From Lama guanicoe (taxonomy: Eukaryota): DNA of 62,000 nt. The stretch lies in the NCBI GenBank assembly GCA_013239625.1, contig MU053758.1, forward strand, positions 2,790,001 to 2,852,000, read 5' to 3'. Shown here in pieces: positions 34,101 to 46,511 of this stretch. How positions within the stretch are numbered: the first letter of the stretch is position 1; the number at the start of each line of letters is the position of its first letter. Below the pieces are notes generated by a model. That model worked only from the letters and a program-made list of their open reading frames with translations, was not told where the DNA came from and did no database searches. The position numbers and the translations under genes were made by a program.

Positions 34101-37100
34101 TTCCCTAGAAAACACACTGGGTTCCATTCCAGGTTTTCCACTCAGCAACTGTGTGACTTGGGGCAGGTCACCTAACCTCCTGGAGCCTCAGTTTCCTCTT
34201 CTGTAAAATGGGGATAAATAGCACCTGCCCTCCCTCCCTATGGGGCTGCCGTGGAGACCATTCTGATAGCACTTGTGGGAGTGTTTTGGAGACTGCAGAG
34301 CCCTGTACCAGTGTAAGGTGTTATTATTCTATTAAGAGTGCCTCTCTCCCCACTGAATTATTGCTCTAAACATCTGGTTGCCCAGCAAGTTATTACAGGG
34401 TCTGATGTAAACATCAGGTCACGGCCACCCTGTGGTAGGGTCTACTAGAGACAAGTCGCTGGCTGGGCTATTCATAGGGTCTCATGGAAGCATAGGGCCT
34501 CTCGCTGAGTTATTCTAGGACCAAACTGTGAATGTCAGGCCAGTGAGAAGAATATCATAGCCTCTCTTCGAAATACCAGGCCTTACACTAACGTATGGTT
34601 AGGTTGTGGTCAGCACCACTGGCCTTTATCAGCCTGCTGTGGGCTGATCCGAGGTTGGGTGGGACCAGGTAGCTTCTAGTGAATTTCCTCAAGTGAAATT
34701 CAAACAAACAGGAGCCGGATGTGGCCAAGTGAGTGCCATCCCTACTCTCGGGCATGGGAGGATCTTGGCTCCAACGACCTTTGGATCTCCTTTCTCCCTG
34801 GCCCAAACCTAGAGAATTTTGAAGGGTGGCCTTGCCTCCCTTTGACTCCTGTATCCCTTCCCAGTCTCCTCAGGTCTGCCTGCCCAGGGTTTTTTCTTAA
34901 CTTAGGGGTCAGCTTTGTTTGGGCAGGAGGCATGGAGGGCCCTGAGGGGCTGGGCCGGAAGCAGGCCTGTCTAGCCATGCTCCTTCATTTCTTGGACACC
35001 TACCAGGGGCTGCTACAGGAGGAAGAGGGGGCCGGCCGCATCATCAAGGTGGGCCTGGGATGAGAAGGTGGGTGAGCAGGCTGTCTGCTCTGGAAGGGGG
35101 CCCCTTGGAAGGAGCCATACTTCTCAAGCTGGGTACCTGGAAGGAAAAGATGCCAGCCGGCCTTAGCTTATATGGTTCTTCTATGCTTGAAGGCATGGAG
35201 ACCCTGCCTTGCCTTTGCAGAGCCTCATGCCTTGGATGAGACACACGCCCTCACCTTCTCTCTTCTTCTCTCCGCAGGGTCTGTACCTGCTGATTATGAA
35301 GGATGAGTCCCTTTACCAGGACCTCCGAGAGGACACACTGAGGCTGCACCAGCTTGTGGAAACAGTGGAGCTAAAGTGAGGGGCATGGGCTGGGGGAGGG
35401 GACAGGAAAGAAGTCCCCCTTGCTCCTCTTACAGGGCTGGGTGCCTCTGGGTGCCTCTGGAGTTTTGGCTCCAAGATGGTTTTATTTTCCCTTTCTCTTA
35501 CTGGAGAAGTAGCACAAAGTACTGTCTCCAGTCATTTTGAGGGGTCCATTCTCCCATCCATTTATTTGTCAATCTAATGGGGGTACTGATAAATATTTAA
35601 CAAGCAGCACGTCAGGAAAAAGAGCCCTGATTTGTAGCTTTTGCTGATTCCCATGATGTAAATTCTCTCACCACAGTTGATTTCAAGCTACCAACATGAC
35701 GTCACTGAATGTGAAGTTGGGAAGAGATGTGCAGTAGCAGGCCACTGCATAGTTATTTTCACCATATAAATCCAATAGACGTAGAGCGGGGAGGGTATAG
35801 CTCAGCGGCAGAGTGCACGCTTTGCATGCACCAGGTCCTGGTTTTGGTCCCCAGTATCTCCAGTAAACAAATAAATAATTAAGTAAATAAGCCTAATTAC
35901 CACCCCCAACACACACACACAAATCCAATAGAATGTAAATAACCTGAAAAGCATGGATAATAGCAAAATGTAGTAAAACAATTAGGAAACTACTTTTGGG
36001 GTAATAATTTGGCTATAAATTTATAAAACACATATATGTTTATATATAATTATACATGTGTAAGTTTATATATATGTATACATAATATATATATGTAATA
36101 TTTTAGTGCATGTGTTTAAAACCAGTTGGCAAAATTCCCCCAAAATGAACAATCTGCTCTCATGAACCAATGTGAGCCAGCTTCAGGACACCACTGCACC
36201 CATCCCTCCATCTTTTCAGCCCTTTCAGTTTCTCTTGACTCCCTCCCACCGTCACACCCCTCATTTAGGCCTCATAATTCCTTCCCTGGACTATCGCCAC
36301 AGCCTCCTACCCAGGGCTTCAGCTTACGGTCTTCTGTAACTTTCTCTTCCTTCTTATGCTGACACCAGAGAGATCTCAAACTTGACAACCTTGTGCTTCC
36401 ATTCCAGAAACATCCACAGCACCCCCTTTGCTTATGAGAAAGAGTTGCAACATCCCAGCCCTTCTCTTTCTGCCTCTGCTGATCCTTCCCATCTCACCTC
36501 CCACATCCCCCTTCCCCCATGAAACTCCCTCTACACCCCACCATTCCCTGAAGTCCTGTGGGTCCCACCTTCCTGCTGTCATTTATATGGTCCCCCCCCA
36601 GAGTGCCCTCCTCCCACGCCCTGCTCTTCCTGTTGTCCTTCAAAGAGGTCAAATGCCATCTTCTCAGTGAAAGCTTCCCAGATCCACCTTTTAGCAGTAC
36701 CTGTCCCTCCCCCATACCAACATAACTCTCCTTGTACCTTTATTACATCACCACACACCTCCTGCCTTGGTTAGAAGTAGCTGTCTGCACATCTGTCTCC
36801 CTCCCAGACTGTGAAGTTCTTGCCGGCAAAATTCAGCAGTTGATGACCTACACCTACCATGTGCCAGGCAGTGTGCTAGGCCTGGAGGATGAAAAAAAAA
36901 TTCAGTAAGAACTAATCCCAGCCCTCAAAAGCTCTCAATCTTGTAGAAGAGATAAGACAGGAACATAAACAAATATTAGTCCAATATCCCTATACCAGTT
37001 GAGACAAAAAGGTGACCTTTCCTGGTGGGTGGAGTGGGTAGAGAAGAATTCATGGCAGAGGTGGCATTTGACCTGGGTCACTCAGACAGTTGTCCCAAAC

Positions 37101-40100
37101 TGGCCACTGTCCTCTTTTCTGACCCCCTTTACCACTCTCTGAACCTGATGCCGGTGCATCCTTGACCCAATTCTGATATCCCTCCTTGATATTGTCTGCC
37201 TGGCCCTCAATATGCCGGGTGGGGCATCCTCATGCCCAGCTGTGTCCATGCCAGGATCCCAGAGGAGAGCCAGCCACCCAGCAAGCAGGTGAAGCCACTC
37301 TTCCGCCACTTCCGTCGGATAGACTCCTGCCTGCAGACCCGCGTGGCCTTCCGGGGTTCCGATGAGAGTGAGTGTGAAGAGGAGGAGAGGCAGGCTTCCT
37401 GAGTGGCTCAGGGGGACCTGTGGGGTCTCTGGGACTGGGGTACCCTCCATGGAGACTCCCTGGGTCATAGAACCAGTCCTTTTCACAGCATGTTTTTCAG
37501 AGGCCAACCAGTTGAAGGATGGGGTGGGGTGGGGAACAGGGGTACCCTGGAGGGAACTGTGCCAATATTGCCATTCTATCCTCTGATGCAAAGCCACCTT
37601 CCGGTCTCTATCCAGTCTTCTGCCGGGTCTACATGCCTGACCACTCTTATGTGACCATACGCAGCCGCCTCTCAGCATCTGTGCAGGACATTCTGGGCTC
37701 TGTGACAGAGAAATTGCAGTATTCAGAGGAGCCTGCAGGGCGCGAGGATTCCCTCATCCTGGTAGCTGTGGCCTCCTCAGGAGGTGAGGGTCAGAAAGAG
37801 CTGGGCTGGGGGGCCACAAGAAGAGAAACGCCAAGCCCAGTACTCTGGGGCAAAGGTAAATACTGAATTCTAGGCCCTGGCTACTCAAAGTGTGTCCTGG
37901 GACCAGCCCCAGGAGCATCACCTGGGAGCTTACTACAAACGCAGTATCTCAGACCCCACTGCAGACCTGCTGAATCAGAATGTGCATTTTAGCAAGGCCC
38001 CCAGGTGATTCCTATGCACAGGGATGTTGGGGAAGCACTGGTCCAGGACACTTGGATGCTGATCTGGGTGCCTGCCTCTTATTCACCTTGGGATCTGCTC
38101 CTTTAACCTCCTCCAGCGTCTAAGGGTGCTACGTTTTTGAGGCTAAAGACACAGGGTGGGCCATCCTGATAGGAAAGCAAAAAGCCTGCAATATAGTCAT
38201 AGCCTTATTTTCCTCTAAGGAAAAAATCTCTGCTTTCCCAGTGCAACAAGGATGACAGGAGAGAAGAGTTGTAAACACTGTTGGTAAGGGGTGTATATAT
38301 AGTGCAGTGGCAGAGCACATGCTTAGCATGGCACGAGGTCCTGGGTTCGATCCCCAGTACATCCATTAAGAAAAAATGTTGGGAGCAAAATGGAGGTTAT
38401 AAATGTAAAAGTAATTGTTTTGGAAAATGTCAGATAAATATGGCATAAACTGGTGATAATATGAATCCCATTAGTCTAGAATGCGTCTGGACGGGACAGC
38501 AGCAGTGGCTGGGGTGTGTGAGGGTGCGGCTGGTGGGGCTGAGGCAGAGCAGCTTGTTCTCCTGCAGAGAAGGTCCTTCTCCAGCCAACCGAAGACTGTG
38601 TCTTCACCACGCTGGGCATCAACAGCCACCTGTTCGCCTGCACCCGAGACAGCTATGAGGCCCTGGTAAGAACACCTTCCCAAGGCCATGGCTAGGAGCA
38701 AAGGCTGAGAGGGGCTGGGAGCAGAAACTCACAAGCTCAGAGTGGAGCCCAGCCCCTGTGCCCTTGCCTGCCACCAGGTGCCTCTCCCGGAGGAGATTCA
38801 GGTCTCCCCTGGAGACACAGAGATCCACCGAGGGGAGCCTGAGGACGTTGCCAACCACCTTACGGCCTTCCACTGGGAGCTGTTCCGCTGTGTGCACGAG
38901 GTAGGGATGGAGGCTGGAGCTGGGCTGAGGGCCTGGAGGGAGGCAGCGTCTGGGCTGAACTTCCTGGTGAAGACGCTCTCTTGCTACATGCCCTGGGGCA
39001 ATGAACCACCAGAACTTCTCTAATCCTTTGTCCCTTTATCTGGGAAAAAAAAAAAAAAAAGCAAAGAGAGAGCTCCCCATCCTCCACTTCACAGGAGTTT
39101 GGTTCAGGGCCCAGGTGCTGCTTACCTCAAACCTGACCCGTGGTTAGTATTTGTAAAATATTCATTATTAAATAAAAGAAGGCAGCGACAATAATGTCGA
39201 TCAGATGGTTCAAGCTCCTGACACCTGGTAAGTGTTCAGTAGACAGTAGAGTATTATTAATGTTGGTTGTTTTTTCCCCCCATCTCTGTTGCATCCTGTC
39301 CTGTCCCCGTTTTTTCTATTTTCCACCCGTCCCGACCCCGCCCTCCTGCCTTTCCCGGCTGGCCGCCTCTCACTGCCATCTTCCCACCCACACCCCCCAC
39401 GCCCTGGCGGCCCCTCCGCCGCCGCCGTGGGTGCAGCTGGAATTCGTGGACTACGTGTTCCACGGGGAGCGCGGCCGCCGGGAGACGGCCAACCTGGAGC
39501 TGCTGCTGCAGCGCTGCAGCGAGGTCACGCACTGGGTGGCCACCGAGGTGCTGCTCTGCGAGGCCCCGGGCAAGCGCGCGCAGCTGCTCAAGAAGTTCAT
39601 CAAGATCGCAGCCATGTGAGTGCGGCGGGCTGCGCAGCGGGGAGGCCGCGGCCACCGGACCGCCCACTGACCCCGCCTCCCGCCCCTGCAGCTGCAAGCA
39701 GAACCAGGACCTGCTGTCCTTCTACGCCGTGGTCATGGGGCTGGACAACGCCGCGGTCAGTCGCCTGAGGCTCACCTGGGAGGTGATGAGACTTATTCCC
39801 TTTCCGCTCCTCCCACCTGTGCGGGCCCACCTCGGGGATCTTGGCCTCCAGCCTCAGCCTTGACACTCTGGGCTCCCCCCAGAGCGGCCTCCTGGACCGC
39901 TGCTCGCCTCTAGGGCTTTGTGCCAGTTGGAGGGAGGCGCCCTCTTCTGGCAGAGACAGCCCCAGGGCACACAGCAAGGCTAAGGGACCCCGTCCATATG
40001 GAGATTCATGAAGAGCTGGATTCTGTGCCTGTGGAGGAGGGAGAGGAGCAGGCAGCCCAGGCCAGGTCGCATACTTGGTTCTTGGATTTCAGCCAGCACC

Positions 40101-41847
40101 CAGGGAGGCACCTTTGTACGGGCACTTGTATCAGCAGAAGCCTCCATTTCCCCAGAATAACTCGTCCCTCTGGGCCACTTCAAGTCCCCCAGACCTAGCC
40201 AAGGGCTGGCTCTACTTCCCCACCCGCCTGCTTCCCAGCTGGCTGCAAGGCACTCAGGCCCTTTCCCCCTCCAACCCATGGGGATTAGTCAGGAGATCCC
40301 ATGAAACCAAAGGAGCTCCCCCCCTGATGTCCCTTCTCCTTCCTTCACACTGCAGAAGCTGCCAGGGAAATTCAAGAACTTGTTCCGCAAATTTGAGAAC
40401 CTGACAGTGAGTGGGTTTGGCTCTTTTAACTGCCCCTGGACCGGCACCCCAGAGACTGTTCCCATAAACCTCAAGGCTCCCTTTCAAAGTTTTTAGTGCC
40501 TGGGACCCTCCCTGTCTCCCTCCCCAACATGCTGGAAGGGGAGAATGGGGAGATTGCTACTTTGTTATCCTTGGAGGGGAGGGGAGAGCAATCAAGCCCC
40601 TGCCCAGCGCACCCCCCGCTACATGTCCAATTACACACCTATCTGATCTAGGTGTATCTAGGGCAGTGGGATGAGGGAGGGAGTGGGGGATGACTTTGGG
40701 GTACACTGAGCCTATCTGTCCCTTTGTCCCTCTTTTGCTGAACACTAGGACCCCTGCAGGAACCACAAAAGTTACCGAGAAGTGATCTCCAAGATGAAGC
40801 CCCCTGTGATTCCTTTCGTGCCTCTGATCCTCAAAGGTGAGTCACTTCCAAGCTGTGTTCTTCTCTCCACACTCTCCGTGCCCCATTCTGACCCTCAATC
40901 CCCGCTCAACTCAGCTCTGCATACACCCACCTAGAAAGAAGCTCCCTCCACACGTGTGGAGTGTGGTCTGGGGGAGGGGAACCTCCTCTCTTATCCACCT
41001 GCTTCTCTCCCGCCCCTAGACCTGACTTTCCTGCACGAGGGGAGTAAGACCCTTGTAGATGGTTTGGTGAACATTGAGAAGCTGGTGAGTGACACTGCCA
41101 ACCCCAGTCCTGTGAGTGGGGGCTGGCATCCTCTCCCTCTTCTGGCACCCCCTGAAAGATAGCAGCATTTCTCTTGGCACCCAGCTTGCCTGACAAACTC
41201 CTGAGTGTCTCCCCAGTGGTGTCTCTGTGGCAACCTGCTCACAGGTGGCAAAGCATCAGCTCAGGGTGGGGGACAACTCGACCTCCCCCTCACCTGGCAC
41301 CCCGTTACACTCCAGAGTTGGGGACTAGGGGGAGTAGAAAAAAGTTGGGGGTTGAGGGAGGGGGAGGGGGCAGAAGAGCAGCGAGCACCTTTTTATGCCC
41401 TTTTCGAGGCTCATGCCTTGTCATCCCCCAGCATTCAGTGGCGGAGAAGGTGAGGACAGTCCGCAAATACCGGAGCCGGCCCCTCTGTGAGTACCCAGGG
41501 TTCTGAGAGCGTTACAGGTAGAGCTTTGACTGAATAGGAGGGTTCCTGGGAGAACTCCCCACTCGAATGTTTATTTCCTTAAACTTGTTTCTCCATTCTC
41601 TCCTTGGCCTCCCCAGGGGCCCTCCTGCATCCCAGTCTGCATCCCTCTCCTCTGGCTGGTATGTGTGTAGAGGAAGAGGGGAGGCTGGTCCCCTGACCGC
41701 CTCTCTCTCCTCACACCCCTAGGCCTTGAAATGGAGGCGTCCCCCCATCACCTGCAGACCAAGGCCTATGTGCGCCAGTTCCAGGTCATTGACAACCAGA
41801 ACCTCCTCTTCGAGCTTTCCTACAAGCTGGAGGCCAATAGTCAGTGA
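30621..41847 (+). CDS. RAPGEFL1: Rap guanine nucleotide exchange factor-like 1, 662 aa; exons 30621-31140, 33938-34016, 34913-35048, 35278-35375, 37255-37367, 37616-37783, 38568-38665, 38778-38900, 39437-39615, 39692-39782, 40356-40406, 40749-40836, 41020-41084, 41432-41486, 41723-41847
   Basis: Exons sum to 1989 nt (662 aa plus stop). Starts MKPLEKFLKKQTSQLAGR. Has an RA-like segment (VYMPDHSYVTI) and RasGEF/CDC25 motifs (HWVATEVLLCE, KKFIKIAA, RLRLTWEKLP, IPFVPLILKDLTFLHEG). Ends YKLEANSQ. Confidence 0.96.
34017..34912 (+). other. RAPGEFL1: U12-type (minor spliceosome) intron 2 of RAPGEFL1 with AT-AG ends
   Basis: 5' end ATATCCTTT at 34017. U12-like branch TTCTTAAC at 34894-34901, no pyrimidine tract after it, AG at 34911-34912. 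Splicing keeps the frame (LHQY|FV). Confidence 0.85.
34090..34330 (+). mobile_element. MIR SINE
   Basis: MIR core ctgtgtgacttggggcaggtcacctaacctcctggagcctcagtttcctcttctgtaaaatgggg. Confidence 0.8.
35578..36197 (-). mobile_element. MER63-like hAT element containing a + strand Vic-1-like SINE (about 35785-35920)
   Basis: MER63-like text (gatttcaagctaccaacatgacgtcactgaa...gggaagagatgtgca). The SINE has A/B boxes and TSD aaatccaataga at 35768 and 35921. Confidence 0.7.
37872..38041. mobile_element. MER5A-like hAT MITE
   Basis: Text ctcaaagtgtg...catcacctgggagctt...ctgaatcagaa...ccccaggtgattc. Confidence 0.7.
38287..38376 (+). mobile_element. tRNA-derived SINE (Vic-1-like)
   Basis: Body gcagtggcagagcacatgcttagcatggcacgaggtcctgggttcgatccccagtac followed by an A tail. 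Confidence 0.85.
39320..39790. promoter_or_regulatory. RAPGEFL1: Intragenic CpG island over RAPGEFL1 exons 9-10
   Basis: Sharp CpG enrichment in both exons, the 76-nt intron between them and the upstream intron end, against CpG-poor flanks. Confidence 0.75.
41660..41722 (+). ncRNA. 5'-tailed mirtron-like hairpin, probable orthologue of human MIR6867
   Basis: TATGTGTGTAGAGGAAGAGGGGA closely matches miR-6867-5p as I recall it. It can pair with CTCTCTCTCCTCACACCCCTAG, which ends at the 3' splice site of the last RAPGEFL1 intron. Confidence 0.5.
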
Positions 41848-43695
41848 GCACAGAGGCTCTGGTCGGCCCCTCACCAGGGTCCTCGGGCACCTGGTAGTCA
41901 AGCACTTTGCACGACGTCCCAAGCCACGTCTGACATCTTCCCCTGGGAGCAACTTCCTGCCCCCAAGGGAAAGAGTCGGGTGGACTTACTCCTGGACTCA
42001 TAAGCCTGTTCATCCTGCTGAAGTACTCTCCCCCTTGCTCCTTCAAACCAAGCCACCCTGCTGGTTCTGCCCTCCCTGGGGAAAGGGGCCACAGAGCTCC
42101 TTCCTCTGGCCCCTCCCAGCGAGATCTATTCTGGAGATGCAGCTCCCAGCCAACCTCCTCTTCCCAAGCAGGCCGGAGAGCTGCCCACCCTCCCATCTTG
42201 CAGAGCGGAATTGTGGGAGGGATTGGCAGCCTTCCTGTCCACCACCTCCCCAGCTTCTCCCTAGTCTGGGCTGGGACCCCTAGATGGATTCCTGAATATC
42301 ACATGCCCTTGTGCGTGCGTGCGTGCGTGCGTGAGTGTGCCCCCTTTTGAAGAGCAGGAAGGTATCTGGTCATTGAGGGAAGGTGTTGTGTGTGTGCTGG
42401 GGAGGGGGGTCCTTCTGTTTGGTGCTACCCTTGTCTACTCTGGTCCTGGGATAGTACGGGGTGCTTTCCCTACCCCCCACCACTCCCTGCCCACCGCCTC
42501 TGCTGCCCTACACACCCAGACGTGTGGACGAAGCTGCTCATGAGGGCAAGGAGCAGCAGCGGGAAGGAAGCCCTTCCAAGTCCCCCACTCAGGCCTCCCA
42601 GAGCTCCCTGGGTGGGCTCCGATGAGAGGAAAGATGCTCAGGGAAACACAGGACGAAGCTGCCCACAGGACCCTCCCTCTGCATTGCAGTGGGGTGAGGT
42701 GTGGTATGATCAGGAGTTCCGGGTGCCTGCTGCCCAGACTCCTGCTTTTAGGGTGTCTCACTACTAAGAAGGGAGTTGTCTTCTCCCTTCTGGCTCTTCT
42801 GTGGGATACCAACACACAGTCTCCATCTTTTCCCTGTCTTGACTCCCCTTTGGTCCTTCCCATCAGAGCTGGGGTGGACCCCTGTACCCGGGCAAGCAGC
42901 TCCAAAAAGTGGGGGAGGGAATGGCAGAGACTGGAAAGGCAAAACTGGACTCTGGTGATGCCTGTTACGTCTCGGTCTCCCCTCCGTCTCCCATCACAGG
43001 CCTCCAGGACTGAGGGGCGCGGGGCTCCTGGCAGCTACGGGGTGAGATTTCCTTGTATAGCCTCACCCTCCTTTCTGGCACCACCTCTTCCCCTTCTGAA
43101 GAGGCAGCAGCTGCTGCCGCCAAAGCAGCTGCTGCTCCTGCTCTGAGGGTGTATATATTTTTTACCAAAAGCTCTGAAATTGTACACTTATTTTTTAAAA
43201 CCCCAAGAGGGAAAGAGCCTTGTATCATATGTAAACAGTGTATCATAGGTTATGTTGTACAGTCCCTTTTATACAGCGGTCCCTCGTGTTCCAGCCGCAG
43301 AAAATGTCGGCGGATTCCCCGCCCCCAGCCCATCCACAGGCGCTGTGTCCCACCCCTGCCACCCCTTAAAGACGATGACCGTGCTCCCTCCGGCTCCCTG
43401 CCTCCTTCCTGCTACTGCTGATGGCCCTCCTCTCCCTGCAGCCGCCCTTCCTCCTGACCCCTCTTGCACTCCAGCCCTCACCACCCTCCGCACCCTGGGG
43501 CCCACTGGGCCAGTCTTGGCTGCTGCCCGCCCCTCCCTTGACGCCTGCCCAGCTGCCTCCCAGGGGCCTCCCGGACCCTTCCCATGCCCCACAGCTTTAA
43601 CAGAGTGAACTGTGTGTACTGTACAGGCGCGCTTGCCATGGCAGAGCCTCCTGGTGGAGTAAAAGCCCATAAAGTCTATGAATCCACCTGCCTGC
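41848..43695 (+). other. RAPGEFL1: RAPGEFL1 3' UTR with non-canonical poly(A) signals AGTAAA 43658-43663 and CATAAA 43668-43673
   Basis: No AATAAA found. The variant hexamers have TGTA elements upstream (43614-43623) and T/GT-rich sequence downstream. Confidence 0.6.
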
Positions 43696-44549
43696 TGTTC
43701 TCCATTCTGTTTCTTTGAGGCTGAGGCAGGGCCAAGCAAGGGGAGAGGGAACCAGGGCTCTCAGGGCTCCAGGCTGCTTCAGGAGGGTTATTCCGGAGTG
43801 ACTTTGAAACTGTGGGTGAGAGGAAAAGGTGCTAGCCTCATAAGACATGCCACCTGATGCCTGGAACTTGGAAGGGTGAGTGTCCTAGTTCTTCCATGTT
43901 CCAGGTGCCATAGATATGTGATCTTGTTTAATTCTAACCCTGGAAGGTCGGAAGGCGGAAGTCAGGCAGTCCCAGCACAATGTCCAAGATTCAGGGTGAG
44001 CAAGGAGGCAGGATGGGGCCCCTAACCCAGATCTGTCCACTGAAAAAGGCATGCATGTTCACGAGGCACTACCCAGACAGCATGTACTCTGCACACCAGT
44101 ATCTACCAGTTATACTAAGATGTGGGGCATCTAGAGCCTAAGCTCCAGGAGACACTGTATATTCCAGCAGGTACACATGAGCCCTTGACCTTTGCTTGTC
44201 CTGCATCTGTTATTCTCTCAGTCTTCTGCATCTCAGAAAATGGTCCTCTCATCCACTCAAGTTTTCCAGGTGAGAATCTAGGACTCACCTTTCATACCGC
44301 TTTCTCTCATCCCTCACTCATCTCATCGGCCTGCCCGTCGGCTACAATTCTAGCACATATCCCAATTGGTGCATTTCTCTAAGACCTCTCTATTACCACC
44401 CACTCCAAAACACTTTCATGTCTTCCCTGGACAACTGCACTAGCCTCCTATCTGGGCTCTCAGCTTCCTCTCTCCAACCCACCCCTAACCCCACCAGTGG
44501 GTTCCCTACACTACAGCTGGCGTGCTCCTTTACAAACCTAAATCAGAGA

Positions 44550-45190
44550 GAGGGATGATGCTAAGTATCAGTGAGGATGTGGAGCAACTGGAACTTTTAT
44601 ACATTGCTGGTGGGAGTGTAAATTGGTACAACCAGTTTGGAAAGTTGTTTGGTCATATCTACTAGAACTTAACGTACACTGAACCTGTGACCTAGCATTT
44701 CCTCTCCTAGGTGTATAGCTAAGAGAAATCAGTGCTTATGTCCACCAAAAGACAGGTACAATGGTGATCCTAACAGTTTAATTCATGATTTAAAAATTGG
44801 AAAAAACCATTTAACAGGTGAATGGACAAATCCATTGTGGTATATTCTTATGATGGAATATGACATAACAATAAAAAAGGAACAAACAGCTATTACTTGC
44901 CTAAATGAATCTCACAGACATAATATTGAGTAAAAGAAGCCAGACACATAGACTACACACTGTATAATTCTGTTTAGAGAAGTTCAAAAACAGGTAAAAT
45001 TATGGGGATAGAAATAAAAATAGTGGTTACTTATGGGGTGGAACAGAGTATTGACTAGAAAGGGACATGAAGAAGCTCTCTGTGGTGATAGAAATGTTCT
45101 GTATCTTGACCTGGGCATGACTATACATGTGTGTGTGTTTTCACTGAATTGTGATATTTATTCATTTCACTGTAATGTCACATCTCAGCT
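44550..45190 (+). mobile_element. Old L1M 3' fragment
   Basis: L1-like text gaggatgtggagcaactggaact...cattgctggtgggagtgtaaattggtacaacc and gaatctcacagacataatattgagtaaaagaagccagacac. Confidence 0.75.
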
Positions 45191-45261
45191 AAAACAATTC
45201 CGATCATAACACTCCTCTGTTTTTGATAACACTTAGATTAAAAATCAAAATCCTCCCTCTC

Positions 45262-45745
45262 CTTGTTTATCTATTTTATATATAGTAGTTTGGATCTACG
45301 AATCCCAAACTCCTAATTTATCCCTCTCTCCACTTTCCCCTTTGGTAATCATAAGTTTGTTTTCTAGGTCTGTGACTCTGTTTCTGCTTTGTATATATTC
45401 AACATATAAGTGATACCATATGATATTTGTCTTTCTCTGTCTGACTTACTTCACTTAGTAAGATAATGTCTAGGTCCATCCATGTTCCTGCAAATGACAT
45501 TATTTCTTTTTTATGGTTGAGTAGTATTCCATTGTATATATATACCACAATTTCTTTACCCAATCATCTGTCCTACTGTACACACAGGGAACTATATTCA
45601 ATATCTTATGGTAATTATAATGAAAAAACATATGAAAAAGGATATTTATATATGTATAACTGAATCACTATGCTGTACACCAGAAACTAACAACATTGTA
45701 TATCAATATTGTGAAAAGAAAAAATTCTTTAAAAGGCTGGAAAAA
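45262..45745 (+). mobile_element. 5'-inverted (twin-primed) truncated L1
   Basis: 45262-45569 is antisense and 45570-45745 is sense relative to the L1 at 53447-54356. A 15-bp TSD flanks the whole insert. Confidence 0.8.
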
Positions 45746-46511
45746 AAAGTCCTTCCTCTCTGACCTCACCTCCTCTTCCTCCTCTCCCTTGTCCTACTCC
45801 AACCATGCTGACTGCCTTACTGTTCCTAAAATACATAACACTCATTTATGTTTCAGAGATTTTACCTTTGCTCTTCCCTGAGCCTCTCCTGACTATTCCT
45901 ATCCTCCCCTCCACCCCCACTCTCTATCCCCTCAGCCTCCTGTATTTTCCTCAATACCCTCATCACTCCCTGACATCATCTGTACTTCTCTGTGTTTTTG
46001 TTCTGTGCTTACTCCTCACCTACCAAAGTGAGCTCCTTGTTCACTCATCAGAACCTGGAATAGTACTTCGCACAAAGGAGACACTCAATACATATTTGCC
46101 GAATGAATCAATGAGGTTGTTTGAAATAGGAGCTGTAAGAGGGGGACAAGACACAAGGTGATGAGTGCTCTAGGAATTAAGCCAAGGAGATTCACTACTA
46201 GTCTGGGGCTGGGGGTGGGGGATAATGAGAGAAAGCTTCTTGGAAGAGATGTCCCAGGTCCTGAAGTAGGCAAACGGTTTGCTGACCAAAGCGTGGAAGT
46301 AGGAAGTCAGGGATGAGGCACTGGGAGGCATTGCTGGGCTCTGAGAGCTGCCTATCATGACACAAGAAGTGGTCAAAGGGCTCTGTGGGCTGTGTGGGGA
46401 GAGGATGAGCTTGCTCAGGAACATTGCACTCTCTAGACTGGTCTGGCAGTGAACAAAAGGGTGAAAATAATTTGGAGTAGTCAGAAGACCAGCATACTAA
46501 GATGCCCTCTT

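Noticed and set aside
37082..37678. 198-aa antisense ORF over RAPGEFL1 exons 5-6
   Set aside because: GC-rich shadow ORF with no recognisable homology.
41726..43739. ORFs of 120-185 aa in the RAPGEFL1 3' UTR
   Set aside because: Compositional products of a GC-rich UTR with no domain or splice support.
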